Below, one piece after another: positions 63,864 to 64,000 of a stretch of DNA of 64,000 nt. The translations under genes and the position numbers were made by a program. Positions within the stretch are counted from its first letter, which is position 1; each line of letters opens with the position of its first letter. The notes beneath the pieces were generated by a model. That model searched no databases, was not told where the DNA came from, and saw only the letters and a list, made by a program, of their open reading frames with translations. This stretch comes from a bacterium (GTDB taxonomy: Bacteria; CLD3; SB21). Location of the stretch: the NCBI GenBank assembly GCA_019695335.1, contig JAIBAF010000011.1:13277-77276 (forward strand), read 5' to 3'.

Positions 63864-64000
63864 ATGCATTATAAAGATTCCAAATTCAATCTCGTCAGTG
63901 ATTATAAGCCCGAAGGCGATCAGATTACGGCTATTCAAAAACTTATCGACGGCATCCGGCGCGGTGATAAACATCAGACGCTGCTCGGTGTTACCGGTTC
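63864..64000 (+). CDS. uvrB: Excinuclease ABC subunit B, 5' fragment (continues past the window end)
   Basis: [46 protein letters not shown] matches the UvrB N-terminus through the start of the Walker A motif. Confidence 0.8.
   Translation, partial: MHYKDSKFNLVSDYKPEGDQITAIQKLIDGIRRGDKHQTLLGVTG

Noticed and set aside
1-64000. Mobile elements, integrases, tRNA or rRNA genes
   Set aside because: No transposase or recombinase-like ORFs were found. No tRNA-like cloverleaf candidates or rRNA-like conserved stretches were seen in any intergenic region.

Overview
The window is a 64 kb chromosomal segment from an FCB-superphylum bacterium. Many secreted proteins carry type IX secretion (T9SS) C-terminal sorting domains. 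There are two TonB-dependent receptors with N-terminal CarboxypepD_reg-like domains. AGGAGG-like Shine-Dalgarno sites are common, and a methyl-accepting chemotaxis gene is present. Together these point to a non-Bacteroidia lineage such as Ignavibacteriota or Calditrichota; this placement is an inference. Gene density is high, most genes lie on the minus strand, and several hairpin terminators are visible.

Housekeeping genes that can be recognised: dnaE, guaA, ppa, folK, folB, murE, rpsT, slyD, an htrA-like protease, tal/fsa, the uvrB 5' end, ptsN, a DinG-family helicase, an M20 amidohydrolase, a RumA-like RNA methyltransferase and a NUDIX hydrolase.

Accessory or unusual content:
- Positions 3-2923: a three-gene CDP-alcohol phosphatidyltransferase cluster. 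One member is a fusion of a nucleotidyltransferase-like domain to a CDP-alcohol phosphotransferase domain.
- Positions 3007-10586: an operon of a TonB-dependent receptor, a giant T9SS cargo protein and a PorV-like outer-membrane barrel.
- Positions 11004-14748: a two-component pair of a beta-propeller/Y_Y_Y sensor kinase and a LuxR-type regulator.
- Positions 18473-28371: a tandem island of T9SS cargo genes. A pentaheme c-type cytochrome with a T9SS sorting tail lies upstream of two paralogous BNR/Asp-box propeller cargo proteins, each followed by a small TPR-like lipoprotein. The island contains a ~1.5 kb near-identical direct repeat, and the second paralog carries a -1 frameshift.
- Positions 55142-61231: a TPR plus periplasmic-binding-fold protein with LpoA-like architecture, followed by a 1423-aa protein with repeated lamin-tail domains.

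No transposase, integrase, CRISPR array, rRNA or tRNA was found.
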